Assembly: GCF_009914755.1 (NCBI RefSeq)
Contig: NC_060932.1
Source of the DNA: the human T2T-CHM13v2.0 reference genome, Homo sapiens
Strand: one strand, 5' to 3'
Length of the DNA: 64,000 nucleotides
The notes under the pieces are model-generated. The model did not search any database. It worked only from the letters and a program-made list of their open reading frames with translations, and was not told the DNA's origin. Of the stretch, positions 14,514 to 39,097 are shown in pieces (the stretch's first letter is position 1; each line of letters begins with the position of its first letter). The position numbers and the translations under genes were made by a program.

Positions 14514-15903
14514 AAGCTCTTTCCCACGTTACCTTCCCAAATTCAGAGATCCAGACATTCACCTTTGTTTCTTAGTCATCTCATGGCCAGAATCCTGCAT
14601 ACAAAAATAATGTTTTGCTTTCTTCTAGTTTGTGTGGATGACTTACCATAACGGTCCTTCATATATTAATTAATAACATTTCTTCTTTCTCTACGATCCA
14701 ACATAATGTAACAGAAATTTTGGAGTAGCTGCAATTGAAAACTTTTTTGTCCACTATTTTATTCACTTCCTTAAATTAGAAGATTGAATAAAGAATCAGA
14801 ACTGTGTTCATTAGTGAGTGAAAGGAGGAAAGAAAATGAGAGAAGTGACAGTTAATATAAGCAGAAGGAGATGAAAAAGTACTAAGCAGTGAAATAGAAA
14901 GCCTACAGCCTAAGGAAAAAAAAATAGAGGCACATTTTAGAAAGTCACTCCAGGAAAATTTCAAAGAAAATTATATGCAGGAGCAAAGAAGCATGACAAA
15001 GGAAAAAGAGGAATGAGAAAGCTATAAAGGGTATTTGACATCATGGTCTTAACTAAACTGTTATGTGCAAGTGAAAATCAAGGGAGTCTAAATATTTAAG
15101 CATAATGATGCCTAAAAGTGATTAGAGGGAATGAAAGAAGAAGTAGCCATAGATTTTATTGAAGCCGTTGGAGTAAATAAGACAGGAGATTTCAGAGCAA
15201 TAACGAGTGCAGACAGAGACATCATGGAATGAAATCAGAGGGTATAAAGACAGAAGACTCACGAATCAGATTTCGGCATAGACCACAAACTAATGATCAT
15301 CAAACCCACAGCCAAAACATTAATAATAAATCCAAATGGTTGTTGGCAAAGTGCAGAGTGGGGTGGAGGGGGAATGAAGAGAAAAGAGACCAAAGACAGA
15401 AGCTAATAATAATAATAATAAGAGAGAACCATGGCTAATTCAAATATAGACAATAAGGAGCCTTATATCTTTTTATTTAGCAACAAGTATGTGAGACTGA
15501 GTGGCCAAAAAGACCTTAAATACTTACTGTTAGCTCGACAGAGACACAAACTTTGTCATGGGTGAGATTAAAATTATCCAGAAAGTAAAGTAACCATGTC
15601 AGAGCAAGGTGCCTAAAGTACAGAGGAAATCAAACCTGTCTTCCTCACATTGTCCCATCTTCCCACTCCCCCTGCCAATTCCTCTTCCTTAGGGCTTATT
15701 TTCCTTGGGAATCTATGAAGAAAAGCAATGTTTTGATTGCAGGTGAAAAGTGCTTATGGGTTGTTTGTTCACTGATATCAAAAGCCTTGGAAAGAGATAT
15801 AGTTTAGTAGATACAGAGAGGAGGAGCAGAGATTAACATAAACAGGGACAAATTCAAATGTTACTAACCAAATTTAATTTCATTAGTTATAAGAATGTAT
15901 GTT

Positions 15904-16152
15904 GGCTGGGCTTGGTGGCTCACACCTGGAATCCCAGCCTGAGCAACATAGTGAGACCCCATCCCTACAAACAATTTAAAAATTGCTGAGCATGGTGGTA
16001 TGTGTCTGTAGTCCCAGCTACTCAGGAGGCTGGGGCGGGAAGATCTCTTGAGCCCAAAAGTTACAGGTTGCAGAAAGCTGTGACTGCACCACTGTACTCT
16101 AGCCTGGGTAAAAGGACGAGACCCTGTATCTAAAATGAATAAACAAACAAAG
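15904..16152 (+). mobile_element. AluJ with internal left-arm deletion
   Basis: AATCCCAGC joined directly to CTGAGCAACATAG. Confidence 0.85.
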
Positions 16153-16239
16153 AACATATGTAACATTAGGGTTATAAGTCTGATGCTTAATCTGAGTTGT
16201 TCAATATGTTTTTCAGATACAGTTTAATATGTAAAAATA

Positions 16240-16400
16240 ATAAACTAATATTTTATTGAGCACTTGCTATGTACTCAACACTGATTAAATCTTTCACAGG
16301 TTATCTCATTTAATCATCACATTAACCCCGGAAGGTAAATACTATCATTATCTCCCTATTCTAGATGACGAACAGAAAGTTTAAAGATGAGAAAATAAAC
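16240..16400 (-). mobile_element. MIR
   Basis: TTATTGAGCACTTGCTATGT..TCTCATTTAATCATCAC..ATTCTAGATGA; many similar MIR relics elsewhere (e.g. ~18300, ~19900, ~33050, ~42660, ~46240, ~51500, ~54560). Confidence 0.7.
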
Positions 16401-17295
16401 CAGGTTGAGTACAGCGTTTTGTCTTTTAAAGGAGGGTGCGTAATGCTTTTATTCTTATACACAAATAAACTAAAGGGCAGGAAGAACTTGAGTACAGAGG
16501 GCAAATAATGACTAATGACTACCCCCGGGCAGGGTTATCTTTGGAACTCCATCCAGTCCTCCTTCCTCTCTCAGTGGCATTTGCTCCAGCCCCTTTAAAT
16601 ACACAGTACCTGAACTTCTCCCCACACCCCATATATAAACAGGGACAGATTTGGTATCATCACAAATAGTCAGAGAAATTAATTAATTGTTCATAGACTC
16701 TCAGTTTAGCAGGGTAAAAATTCAGATGCCCTGATTCACAGACAAGTTTCCTAAGTTTCCTTTCTATCATACTGCGTACAACTAAATACAGATAAGGCAC
16801 CTTCACCAAAACTCAACCCAACTTTAATATTGTCAAATTTATGCAAGTCTGTGGATATTTTCCAAGTGCCTACTGTGAGCTAGTCCGTCAGCTAGCACAT
16901 AGCTGGAATAAGAATAACTAAAGGAATAAGAATAACTAAAGGAACACAAACTCCAGTACCAAAGAGAAATGTAGAACATTACAGCATTGAGACTTGGGTT
17001 TCATTTTGTATGTTTGTGTTTCCTGAAGAGCGAAGCCAGGATGACTAGTGGTGAAAAATATTATTTTAATGGGCACATGAATTTCATTTTGTACATTTAA
17101 TTATATCAAGAAAACACTTACCTATCCCAGGGATCACATTAAGGAGAAAGTTTCAGTTAGGCTCCAAAAAGCCTCTTTGAAATTTGTTAAACTCCTTCTG
17201 TAACAGAAAGAGTAGAGACTTCAGGTTCAAAGTTCTCAGCAGAAAACATTGTCTAACTAGAAATTAAGGATTTGTTTTGTTCAAATCCTATTCAT

Positions 17296-17508
17296 GGCCA
17301 GGCATGATGGCTTGGTCCTGAAATCTCAGCCCTTTGGGAGGCTGAAGTAGGAGAATCACTTGAAGCCAGGAGTTTGAGATCAGACTAGGTAACATAGCAA
17401 GACCCATCTCTACAAAAAATTTAAAAATTAGCCAGCCATGGTGCCATGAGCCTGTAGTCCCAGCTACTTGGGAGGCTGAGATGGGAGGATTGCTTGAGCC
17501 CAGGAGGC
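17296..17508 (+). mobile_element. AluJ, 3'-truncated
   Basis: Left arm plus part of right arm, ending at GAGCCCAGGAGG. Confidence 0.85.
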
Positions 17509-17567
17509 TTTAACTTCCCTGAGACTCAGTTTTACCTTGGTAATATTTAAGAAAAATATGGCCATCA

Positions 17568-18026
<459 letters not shown>

Positions 18027-18662
18027 CTAAGGAGTTGAGATGCTGAATCCTTGGAAATAACAGTAGGTGGCAACTGGAGAGAAGCTTTTCTCAATTTTCA
18101 TCATAGCCTACAGGGATTTTGTTTATTTGTAAGAAAAAAGTTTGGATCATAAGTTGCAAGTTGTTATAATTGTTTTTTAAGGATAGGCATATCTCAAGAA
18201 TTTTTATATTAAAAGGTAATATTTATCTTTTTAGATACCCTATACTTATTGAAAATAATACTTTTAAAGAATCACCATCATTTATTAGTATTAAATTACT
18301 TATATGCATTAACTCCATTTTACCTTCATAAAACATCTATGAGGTAAATATTATTGTTATTATCATATTTTAAAAATGAGACTTAGGGAGGTTTATTTAA
18401 ATTTCCCTGGATGACACAGAACCAGTACAGTCCATATTTCAAACCTCAAGCAATATGGTACTAGAGCCCCTACTCTTGACTTCAATGCATATTGCTTCCA
18501 TAAAACCTAAAAACTAAATCAATGTATAAAATGGTTTGTCCAGGATGAAAAAATCAGTTCCAGAAATGTAGGGATGGATTACATTTTCAAAAATGTTATC
18601 TCATTATATGTTAGGACTTATCAAAACAGTAATATTTATTTTGTTTAGATATCCTATACTAA

Positions 18663-19034
<372 letters not shown>

Positions 19035-22000
19035 TAAACTTCCTCCTAGTCCCAGCTCAAGAACCATTGTCTCTGTGACACTTCTCCTGACTCTTTTCCC
19101 TCTCTAAATGCGTACAGCACACACAATCCTTGCTTCATCATAACCTGCCTGATTATATATTGCATTTTTGGGTATACTATGCCTCCTGAAATTCATGCAC
19201 AATTTCCAAGGAAGGAAATATGCCTTCTACCACAATAGGCATTTAATAAATTATTGCATGGAACATACTAAAAACAACTCAACACTAAATTAAAAAGTCC
19301 ACATCCAGAGCAAAACTCTTAAAGATCATTTCTCCAAGCCTCCAACTTACATTCTGCTTGCTACTCATACTTTTAGCTTAGCTAATGTTTTCAAATCTAA
19401 AGCCAGACTGCACTGAATTCTTTAAAGCTGAAGCAAGCTTATTCAGTCAGCTATAAATATAAATGTTTACTGGAACACAAACTAGAAGGAAGTATATGAG
19501 AAAAATAAAGGGAGTAAAGCAATCCTTTTTCTTCTCCAAGGCTCATTCCTCAGAACCAAATATTTAAATGGGATTTTAACTGCCAGACAAGTTAGCCAGG
19601 TTTAACGAGTCTAAAGATAGATGAATATTAAACTAAGCCTGAATAAAAAGAGATTGGCATGTAATACAACTTAAAAGTCATCAGTGTGAATGTTCTATTA
19701 TGTATGGTTTTTTTTTAATGTTTATTGTGCCAATTATTACCCTGCAATGTATTGACCTATTTATATATCACCTCTGCAAGACTGTAAGCACTTCACAAAC
19801 AAGGACTGGGTCTTTGCATGTTAAGAGGTGAGTCTTGAATTGTTGTGTCCAACGTTAACATCTGCTCCCAATCAGACCTTTCCTGTTAACAATGGTTAAC
19901 ATTCATTAGTGCTTATCATGAGTTGATCTCTAGTTTAAGCCTTTTAAATGTACTAATCCATTTGCCTTTTCAAAAACCCCAGAAAATACATGTTCTAATT
20001 ATCATTCCCATTTTACAGATGAGGCTAGTGGGACACAGAGAGGGAAAGAAAGTTAAGGAGGCAGAACCAGAACTAGAAACATGTAGTCCTGCCCCACTCT
20101 TCACCACTATACTGCAATCCCTTATTTGTAATGATATTGGTGACTAGAAAAAGTAGGTGGAAATTTGGAAGTCTGAACTAAAACCTCTGTGCTTATGCTT
20201 CAGATGATTCTAACACAGATGGTATGAGAACCACATGTTGAAAAACAGATGTAGGTAGTAGTAGTAGCAATGTTAAGAACTGGTGTTTGTTTATCATTAC
20301 ACTTCACCAAACATTTCCATATACATGATCTCATTTCACTCTTATAACAACCCTGCAAGGTAAGTATGATTGTCTTCCATGTTTCTGAATGAGAAAAGCA
20401 AGGCTCATTCATAAAGCTTGCCTAAAACCACATTCCCTGTCAAACACAAATTTTCTCATTCTAATCCCCATACCCATTCTGTGATTCCAATGTCCTGAAT
20501 GGTCTTCCTGATTCTGCGTCTGGCTCTCTACAACTCATAGTCCACACACAAACCAGGGATTTTTTTAAGCATACATCAGATTGTGTCGCTTCTATGAATT
20601 CTTAGTACATTTGGGTAGAATTCAATTTCCTTACTAGAGTGAGTGAGGTCCCTTCTGGTCTGGTTCCTGCCTGCTTCCTTCACCTAACCTCCCACTCTTC
20701 TCCCCTCTTTCTAGCTCCAGCTATACTTTCCTTTTTCACCCCCTCATGCCAAGCTGTTTTCTCCAGCTGGGCCCTTGTCCCTTTTCTATTCCTTATTTAT
20801 TTCATACCAGTATCTGAAATTAACCAATTGATTGATTGATTCTGAAGCTGATGACAGAATCCTTGTCTGGTTTAATAGACAACATTTACAAAGTGCTAAG
20901 TACAAGTCCATATGCTTTATACATGCTGACTCTTGTGATGTTTATGACAGAGAGCATAGGACCTTGTCTGAGGTCATCAACTAAAAGGTGATGAAACTGA
21001 ATTGTACCCAGACCACGTACCTTTCACCACCTTGCCTGAACTGCCCCTTGAATAGAATCAAAGACTCCACCAGCTCACCTTTGGAAACACACCCTCATCT
21101 CTCTATTGTCTCCCCGACACATAGCCTTGTGACCAAGCCACCAGTGCTCGTGGTTAAATTCATTCTGAACAGAGACACACTTTGATGGAGGCATGTGCTT
21201 TAACCTCCTTTTCCAGTCCCATCTCCAAAAAGACAAATTTAAATCAAGGCAATAAGACTAATTAGAAACTACAGAATGAGAATCCAACATTACTAACAAT
21301 GCCCTTAAGATCAAAGTAATATCAGAGAATGTATAATTTACAATTACTCTTTATTTGGTGATGCTAGTAAGGCAGGTGGGGAGGAGAGGGAGGGAAGGTG
21401 AGGGGCTGTCAGAGTTGACTCCACATGATTGCAGCGGAAATACTAAATTATGAGGGTCCCAAACCAACTGAAGGAGAAGCCTGTTAATCAAAATGGAGCA
21501 GCAAGTGGCCAAACAGTCATTTTTTCCCTTCCAAATGTCTCACTGGTTTGGAGGTCAAATATCTATTCTTCATCTAGTATAAAAAGCTGCCATTTGGAGG
21601 AGGTTGGGTATTTTGTTATTATTTTGCTTTGTTTTGCTTTAAGACATCTGTCATTCGTGAGAACAAAGATTTCTCTTCTGTGGTTCTTAATAAGCTTTGC
21701 AAGGTGGTTTTCCTGGCATATGAAGAAGTCATTTGAATAATAAAAGCTCATATTTATAATTACATTGAGTTAAATAGATTTGCTTAGCTTAGGGTTTGGG
21801 GTTATTCATAAACAGATGTGAGGGTCCAGAAAGCCTCTATAACTTTAACAATCTCACTGCTTTGGGGTTGCTAAAGAGCTTAGAAGCCCAAATCTGAGTT
21901 AAAGAAGCTTTCCCCATTTCCCTGAATAATCACCATGGTACCTCAGCCTGAGTCTACTTCTTAAAACCTATTTAAATACTATTCATGTTTACTAGTCATT

Positions 22001-22265
22001 TGCCAGTGTGATGGCAATGAATGAGCTTGACTCTAAGCTGGGAACATTCACCACTTAAGCATTCGAGAGAAAGGACCCTTTTATAAAATGCTTTGCTCTG
22101 TTCTCAGAATATATTCATGACCCCTAGCAACAGTCCTATGTGAAGCTGCCGGTTTCAAAACAGTGATGAAAGGAGGTCGTCCTTCCGAGCAGCACCTTAA
22201 GGTGTCTAGACATTTCCTTACAGCCAACTCTCCTCTGCTTTCCCCTCCCCTCCCCTCTCCTCCCT

Positions 22266-28693
<6,428 letters not shown>

Positions 28694-28778
28694 GGTCTTG
28701 ATCTCTTGACCTCGTGATCTGCCCACCTCAGCCTCCCAAAGTGCTGGGATTACAGGCATGAGCCAACACATCTGGGCC
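28694..28778 (-). mobile_element. AluSc-like, 5' part (split by L1)
   Basis: GACCTCGTGATCTGCCCACCTCAGCCTCCCAAAGTGCTGGGATTACAGG..GGCC continues the 22272-22508 Alu. Confidence 0.9.
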
Positions 28779-29338
28779 TACAACCTATTTAAATACTATT
28801 CATGTCCTCCCTTCTTTTGAAACTCACCAGCCCCATGAGCCTTGAGGTCCTTTGGAGATGATGGGGTTAATTCCACAGCAAACTTTGAAAGCTGTAATGT
28901 GTTACCCTACTTGAAAACATACTTCTGAAATAAGTATAAGTGTTTAGGGCAAGAGGTGCTCTTGGCCACTAATTTTCTATCATTTCTGAAGTGGACACTC
29001 TTTATAAATCAATTCTTACACAGAGCCACAACATACAAAACAGGGAAAAGGCCAGCAGCTCTCATCAAAGTGTTATTTACCTAGATGCTCCCTAACCCTC
29101 CCACCCCTTTCCTTTGATGGCCCTTTCAAGACCTAGAATTCTCCCAGACACAGTTTAAAAACCTTGCTCTGATCCTACCAAATCAGAGGGATTTGGCCAA
29201 ACCTCTGGTTTTGAGCTTTAATCTGAAATTGCTTCATGTGATGCCTAACTTGTCAGACATCTGTGCCACACTGAGTAAGTCCCAAATGTGTGACCTCCAA
29301 AGCTCTAGTAATTTTTCAAGTCAAATCCAACTTAATAT

Positions 29339-29795
29339 GTGTAGTGGGTGTCGTAGCATTTCCCCAAAATTCATATCCACCTGGAACCTCAAAATGTGAC
29401 TTTATTTGGAAGAAGAATTATTGCAGATATGATTAAGATAACTCAACATTCGATCATATTAGATTAAGGTGGGCCCTAAATCTAATGACACCTTCCTTGT
29501 AAGGCACAGAAAAAGAGAAGACACAAGGACATAGAGAAGAAAGCATTGTAAAGATGAAGGCAGAGATTGCAGTGATTGATCTACAAGCCAAGGAGCTCCA
29601 GGGATTGCCAACAAATATCAGAAGCTCAGAAAGAAGCATGAGGAGCTTTCTCCCTCAGAGCCTCCAGGAATAATCAACCTACCAACACCTTGATTTTGGA
29701 CTTCTGGCTTCCAGAGCTGTAAGACAATATATTTCTTTGTTTTTGACTGCCAAACCTGTGATCCTGTGTTACAGCAGCTCTCAGAAAGTAATACA
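29339..29795 (+). mobile_element. MLT1 (MLT1B-like) ERVL-MaLR solo LTR
   Basis: TGTAGTGGG..CCCCAAAATTCATATCC..GGCAGAGATTGCAGTGAT..CACCTTGATTTTGGACTTCTGG..TAATACA. Confidence 0.85.
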
Positions 29796-30173
29796 TTCTG
29801 CCTTTCACTTAGTAGGCCCTCCAACATTTGCAGAAGAAATATTTGTTGCATGAAAGGAATAAATGAGTTCAATTCGATATAGTGGTTGACTAAGAAAAAT
29901 ATTTATTAATTAGTGTTTGAGGAGGAGATGGGATGCATGTGGCTGGGGCTGGAGGAAATATATGTTCTTCTTCAACTCTCTTAGAACTCAAGACTAAGGC
30001 AGGGCCTCTGCAGGGCCCAGCATGTGAGTGGTTCAGGAAGAAGAAACTATGACTAGCACTGTTGGCTATCAGAGGAAAAACAGATCACTTATTGAGGCTT
30101 CCTCAAAGATGTCCTGAGATAATATTATAAAAGTTACTTATTTTGAGCTGAGCACTTAAAAAGGTACAAATCA

Positions 30174-31920
<1,747 letters not shown>

Positions 31921-34705
31921 AAAAAAGTACAAATCATATACATATCAAATGGGAATTGGTAGACTCATATAGTTCATGAGAAGATTATTTTAATGATATT
32001 TTGATAGATTCCAATAATAACTATGAAGTTGTTATAGCTTCTTAGATTTTGCAATATACTGTTACCTTGGCTTTTGTGTTTTCAATCCATGAGCATCAAG
32101 TTTTACTGGCCATGTTTTGGAGGCACATTTGTTGTCTGTTTTGTGTCTTCACACCCATCACCTAACTACAGTTTACTTCTTATGCTATGTACCTAGTGAC
32201 TAAATTTCTACTCACTTAATGTCCCTGAAGAGTTTTTGAAATGTAATGAATTAATCACTTTCCCTGTAATTTATGCATACATTTATATACTGAACTGTAG
32301 TTTAATCAAACTCCTTTGCCTTGTGTAGTATAGCAGTAATGTCTAATGAAAACATATGAAGTATGTGTTTCATAATTACCCCAGACAGCTCATTTCGGTG
32401 TGCTTTCCTACTTAATCCCAAAATTCCTATCTTCCTGCACTGTAAACACTTTCCTTCCCTTCTCATCAATCTCAGTTATATAAATGAAACAGGGGTGGTT
32501 GCACAATTACTGAGTGTTCTTTTCTGGGTGTTATAAAGATCCGATTCTCAGAGAAACACCTGACCAGGGCACCCACTAAAAGCGATCCTTTTGTTTGACT
32601 GAAAGGTTAAAGCAGGTCCAAATTAGGGAGAACTTCACAAACTCCATTGGAGGAGTGCTGCAAGGGCCAGTGAATGCCCAGGGCATGGTGGAAACATGGT
32701 TCATGCGGACCCGCCCTGCTGCTGGGAGTGAACCTCACTCAGTACGCAGTACTGTACTTTCTTCAGGGCACATTAAGAGAAAAGCCATCCCAGTAAAATT
32801 ACTCTCTGCACCTTTCTTTAAATTTCCACAGCTAGTTTAAATGTCTTTTCCCTTATTTTTTTTTTTCAGGATAATATCTTTTCTGTCTTTTCCTTCTAAG
32901 AGGAAAACAATATTTCACATTCCCCACCTTCAAGATTCCAGAAACTATTGAAAGAAGATGCAAATCATCTTGAAAATAGAGTCATGGAAAAACACACTGC
33001 TAGTTGAAGGCAGATATTCTTATACCTACTGACTGATTTCAGGTAAGTTAAATGATCTCTAAAGCTCCAGTTTCCTCATCTGCAAAAGAAGATAATGTCA
33101 ACTATCACTGTAGGTTGCCATGAGAATAAAATAATAAGTAATGCCTAGTACAATGCTAGGCACTACAAAAGACTATATGCTTTTTCTTCTTCCTTTCCAT
33201 TTTCTGTCTACCAAGTGAGATGTTCATTTGTTTGATAGCATTTATGGAACACATTTTATAACAGGCACTGTGTTAGAACCTGGAGATAGGGCATGACCAT
33301 TGGCCAAATGAGTGTGACTCTCTAACAGGGAGGATAGACATTAACCAATTAATGACATACCAATTATATTTGCCAATTCTGTGTATTCTAAAGGAAAAGC
33401 CCAGGATATGCTGGGATAATTTGAACAGAGAAGAGTACCTGAGGTCATTAGGGAAAACAAGATTGAATTAGGTGAAGACAGAAAAGGGAGGGGAAGAAGC
33501 TTCCATGTAGGAAGAATCTGAAAACCTAAAAAGTATCTCCTAAACTCATTAGGGTAAGAATTTTTCAGATTTATCATGAAGACCTCCAGGGAATTATTTT
33601 GCACTTTCCTTTAGCAACCTATTCTAGTGTGTGTTTTTGTTGTTGTTGTTGTTGTTGTGGGGGAGGTGGATTATAATATATAATGCAGAAAACGCTATGT
33701 AACTGTTTGTAGAATATAGCCTATGGTAATATGCGGCAATATAATGGATTATTAATTTATCTTTTATTCTTATTGCATTTTTTCCCTTTTCTAAATGAAA
33801 CAGCCTGGTCCTTATGATCCCTTACTGTGCTGAAACTCTTTGTTTCAAAATGCAATAAAAACTTACTGGGATATAAAGGCTAGAAGACTGATAAATTTGA
33901 AGCAACTGTGGTTGTGGAAAGGAGGTTTAATTAAAGGTAGAAGGACTATCAAGAGGAGGAGAAGAAAAATAAGGAGGAAAAATCTTTTGATAATGTCTAA
34001 AATTGCATTATCAGTTTTATTAGGCAATGAAAAATAACTTAATAAATAAATTACATTTAGTTTGATTTTTTTTAAAAAGAGGAATATTATGCTTCTTATG
34101 CTTTCACATTTGTAGAATAAAACTAACAGTCTATACAATAAGAAAATCATTGCTTAAGTGAAGTTCTTTTGATATCTCCAGCATGTACAGCTTTCTCTAT
34201 AATGTGCAAAGCAAACCCTGTATTGTGCTAAAGTCAGCACTATTGCAGGGCCCTGTTAATATATCCCTAGAGCTATGATTTGTGCAATAGGCCCTGCCAG
34301 GCCTACTATCCTCTACTTCCTTCTGGCCAGTTCACACCCACAGACTGGTGTCACTGCAGGGCATGTGGTGTGACTAGCCATTATTAAATAACTGGTGGAT
34401 AACTTGGTAAAATGTAACTCTCATACAGCCCTTGTGCCTAAATTTCTTTTTGAAATACAAAAACCAGTCGAATTCACCATGTATATGTAAAATTCACCTA
34501 ATGTAAAAATTCACTTTACTTATGGAAAATTCATTTTACAGGAATTTTTAAATGCTATTGAATTAATGGTTACTCTATCATTATTAATAATGTGAGTGAC
34601 AAATTATTGATCTACACTAGGCTAAGGTTCTGAATGTCATTCGAGGACTGAGAATGACATTTTAAGAATTGCCTAACCCTTCCGATGTTTATCTCTGAGG
34701 TGACT

Positions 34706-35160
34706 ATGTACAGTTTTCAACCTCCCAACATGCATTCACCCTTTTCCTTGGGTTTTTCATAATTCAGCCATCAGCATGGCACCCATATAGCCTATGTACT
34801 GACTTCACCCCACCTCCGTGTGTGTGGTTCACGTGTTCAGCCAGTCAACACTCAGGTCCCATCCTCCTAACTGCATGATTGGTTCAGAGAATGTGACCAA
34901 TTGTGCCAATCAAACACTCAGATACAGGCTTACTGGAAAAAAAAGTTTATTTGATCCTCCAGAGAACTGCTACAAAACATACTGTTACTTCCTGCTAAAT
35001 ATGAATTAGGAGCAAATAATTCCCACTAGCTGTAGGAAGCCATCTTATGGCAACAGGAAAGAAAGACATAAGGGAAAAAATGGTTATTTGAGTGACCTTG
35101 TTAATCCATGTAATAATCTTTACCTGACCACTACTTCAGGACCATTAGTTATGTAATACA
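34706..35160. mobile_element. Old ERVL LTR (LTR16/LTR33-like)
   Basis: TGATTGGTTCAG..ATGTGACCAA..GCCAATCA, GGAAGCCATCTT motifs; heavily diverged. Confidence 0.45.
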
Positions 35161-35179
35161 CTCCCTCCTTACCTTTTAA

Positions 35180-35633
<454 letters not shown>

Positions 35634-38600
35634 GAAAACGTGCTCAATTTCTATCTTCCCTGTGACAGCAAACAAATGAGTGAATTACAAAGGTGAATTG
35701 CAGTTTTATTAGGCAATGGATTTTAAGTAACTTAATAGCCTTTAAAAGGAAAAATTAGCAGAAATATATAGTTATTATATGTGAGCAAAAATATACAGTT
35801 TTATACAAACACACACACAATGTTTCATGACTTTACTCCCTTCTGCTTTTCCTCATGCAAAGGCGCTCCTGGATTTCTGGGAAGGTGGTGCCAATGTCAG
35901 TCTCCTTGATGGAGTATATTATTCTGATTCAGAGTACAGCTGAAAACTTGAAGGCCTATCAGAACATCTCAGCACTCAGACCATGGATTTACTAATTCCC
36001 CCTTCATAAATGGGAAAATCAATAGAAAAGAAGAGCAGAGAATAAAAAAGAAACAAAAAATGAGCACGTAACTACATTTAAAAAAAAGAAGGCAAAAATC
36101 AAGGGCCAGAGAAAATGATTTTTAATTGTCATTCTTCTTTTTATTCTTTTGTCGTTCTACAGTCTCAATCGTGTATAGACTAATGAGAAAAAATGAAAAT
36201 GAGTTTCATTAGACAGACCACTTTTGTTGGACTCAGTCTTGAGCTGATCAAATGAGGCAGCTGAACTGAGACTGAATCTTCCCTGTGATTAGCTCAACTC
36301 TTGAAGTAGCCAGGCACCTGTGAGGATACAGGGGAGGAGAGAAGATAATAATTGGTCTCTCATCTTTTATAATTATGTGTGTTTCAAGTGGATGTGAACT
36401 GTGGGGTTTGAGAGGGCTACATAAAAGGGGAAAATTCTGACGTGAACACTTGAGTCATTAAATCTAGCATTCAAAAGGAAAGGAAGATAAAAATTTAAAC
36501 AATAGGAGACTTGAGCAATAGAGGCCTTAAAATAATAATGTTTACTGAAAATTAGGACAATTGTTCATTAATTTCATATCTTACGGCATCTTCATCATAC
36601 TAAATAGTTACCATAGCTATTGACTGGACAGAGAATGAACTGTTTTATCCTCCTTTTTATACAAAATTTCTAACGTCTCAAAAAAAAGATAACAATTTCC
36701 TCATTTTTATATTTCACTTTTGAAGTAAAAATGAACAATATATGAGAAGACTTCAATGGACTATTTATGTGTGTGTGGATCATGAGAGAAATTTAACAAA
36801 ATGTAAGGTATTACAGAAAACTTTTTCTTTATAAATATAAAACATTTCCAAAGAGTATGTGACTGTGATGTTCATTCTCATCTCTTATTTTTAGGTTCCT
36901 AAACAGAACATAAACAAATTTTATGCTTGATATTTTGTCTGTAATTAAAATATACTTCCCGCAAATTCATGGGTGGGTGAGAGGTGGGGTTTAATTAGGG
37001 ATTTGGGATGCAGACAGCTCTTCTATTCTTTATTAAGTGGAAAAAATGACTGTTCTCCCAATAAATTACTTTTTCCCAAGATACTAGAATTAATTATTGT
37101 AATCCAACATAACTTGTAATAATTTATATTTGAAAACATACTTTAATAAAGCAAGATTTAAGAAAAAAAGCAAACAAAAAGGTATAATTCTACTAGACTG
37201 TAATCTCCATTAGGACAAGTGATTTGGTTCACTGATGTATTCTGATCACCTAGAACATAGTCTGGCACATGTTATTGATACTTAATACTTCATCTATTTG
37301 TTGAAAAAAATGTAAATATATATTTTCACAACATACCATTCTTACTCAACTTGAACTCTACTCACACATAGTCTTTATCTACCTGTGGCTTTCTATCAGG
37401 TTTGTGTAGGATAGTTACATAATGTCATCATGGGGATCACCATGTCTAGACAGCCCCTTGGAGGAGTAAATACTGCTAGAGCTAGATCGACATTGGCACA
37501 AAAACAAAAACAAACAAAACAAAAAAACACTTGGTCTTTCTTCTCTTACAGATTGCTACTTCAGAGAGAAAGAGCTCCCACTGCCTGCTTACAGCCAACC
37601 AGTTAGAGGAAAGGCCCTAATTATCCTTCCAAGTTCTGGCACTCAGACTCTGTCTATTTCTTCTTTTGGCTCCAGACCAAACAAAATGTGAAAAGGAAAA
37701 AAAAAAAAAAAGTCAAGAAAAAATGCAACAGGGCAATAATGCTTGTCTGTGTGGCACACAATCAGAAAATTACTTCCTCTCTACAAAATACTGTTATTAA
37801 CTTTCTTCCAGTGATCAGAAGTTTAAGAGTTCATACAATGCTTAAATTAATGAATAAAACCCTATTAGCATACTATGTTTCCTTATTACAACAGAAAGTC
37901 TTTTGAAGGAGATATATCCATCTTCAGTTGCAAAATGATGTTACTTCTATTACCAGGGATGAATTTTAAGCATATTGAGATGCATATAAAACATTTACTC
38001 TGTATTCTTTATGTTTCCCATCAGGGACTACTTTTCTACTTTGAAATCAGAATTTTTGTCTTTTCTCTCTTTTTGGCATTCCTTATTCCTCCTCCCATTA
38101 TCCCCATTCCTCCCCACACAACTCCATGAACTTATCTTTTGTCTTTATCTTTTTGTTTTTCTCTATACACTAATATGCACAAGTTCCCACCTGCCTCCCC
38201 ACAATGACCTCACTTTTTTTTTAAGCATTCACTACCTCCCTTTTGAAGAATAAAGAAGCTGGAGAAGATGGTACGTAACTTTCTGTTTTTCCACTTCTCC
38301 TAAGTGGGTAACTTCACTAAAGATACCTCCATTGGTAGGGCAGATCTATATTACTAGAGAAGAAAAATATAAACTTCATATACTTACATTTATGGAAAAA
38401 TACAAACATTTCTATCTTTTCTATTGAACTAGTCACCAAAAATGCCTCTAATCCCAAATTCAGAGCTCACAGCATAGTCTTCTTAGACCTTATTAGGTTT
38501 TATGAAAGTGACTACCAATTAGCAAGTGAAAGGGTATGTAACTTGTATAGCAAACCCATTCAAATTTCTTAGAGTACACAATCATGTAAAATTGCACACC

Positions 38601-39097
38601 AACCACTGAGCCTTCAACAAGAAAATGTTTGCTGAATGGATAAATCAATGAAGTGAGGATGTGGCGAATCATCTTGGCTGAGGTATGGAAAGTGAACTGG
38701 AGACTAGACAAGCTGGAAGTTACAAGACCAGTTAGGAGATTTTTTTAATAACATTAAGGAGGCAAGTAGTGATCTTTTAAAGTAGTGATCTTTTAAAAGG
38801 CAGCAGAAATGGAGAAAAGGGGCTAGGTACATTCTAAAAATAGGGACAGGTAAAATCTCCAGTATTTGTTGCCAGAATGAATTTTGGGCAAGCATCCAGA
38901 GGATGATAAAGACAGGACTCACAGTACCCACTGGTATTCACCTGAAAAATGAAGATTTCAAAAAATTATGTGAATATCAATCAAATGAACATGGACATTT
39001 ATAAGTTTACAAGCCTTAGAGTGCCTAAGTATGGACTCACTAAATCATCTACTCCCCTAAACATCCTTCTACATGCTGACAAGGATCAACTTTCCTG

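Noticed and set aside
16905-16944. Short tandem duplications (also ~38764-38797 and ~47008-47050)
   Set aside because: Two-copy slippage duplications without spacers; ordinary, not CRISPR-like
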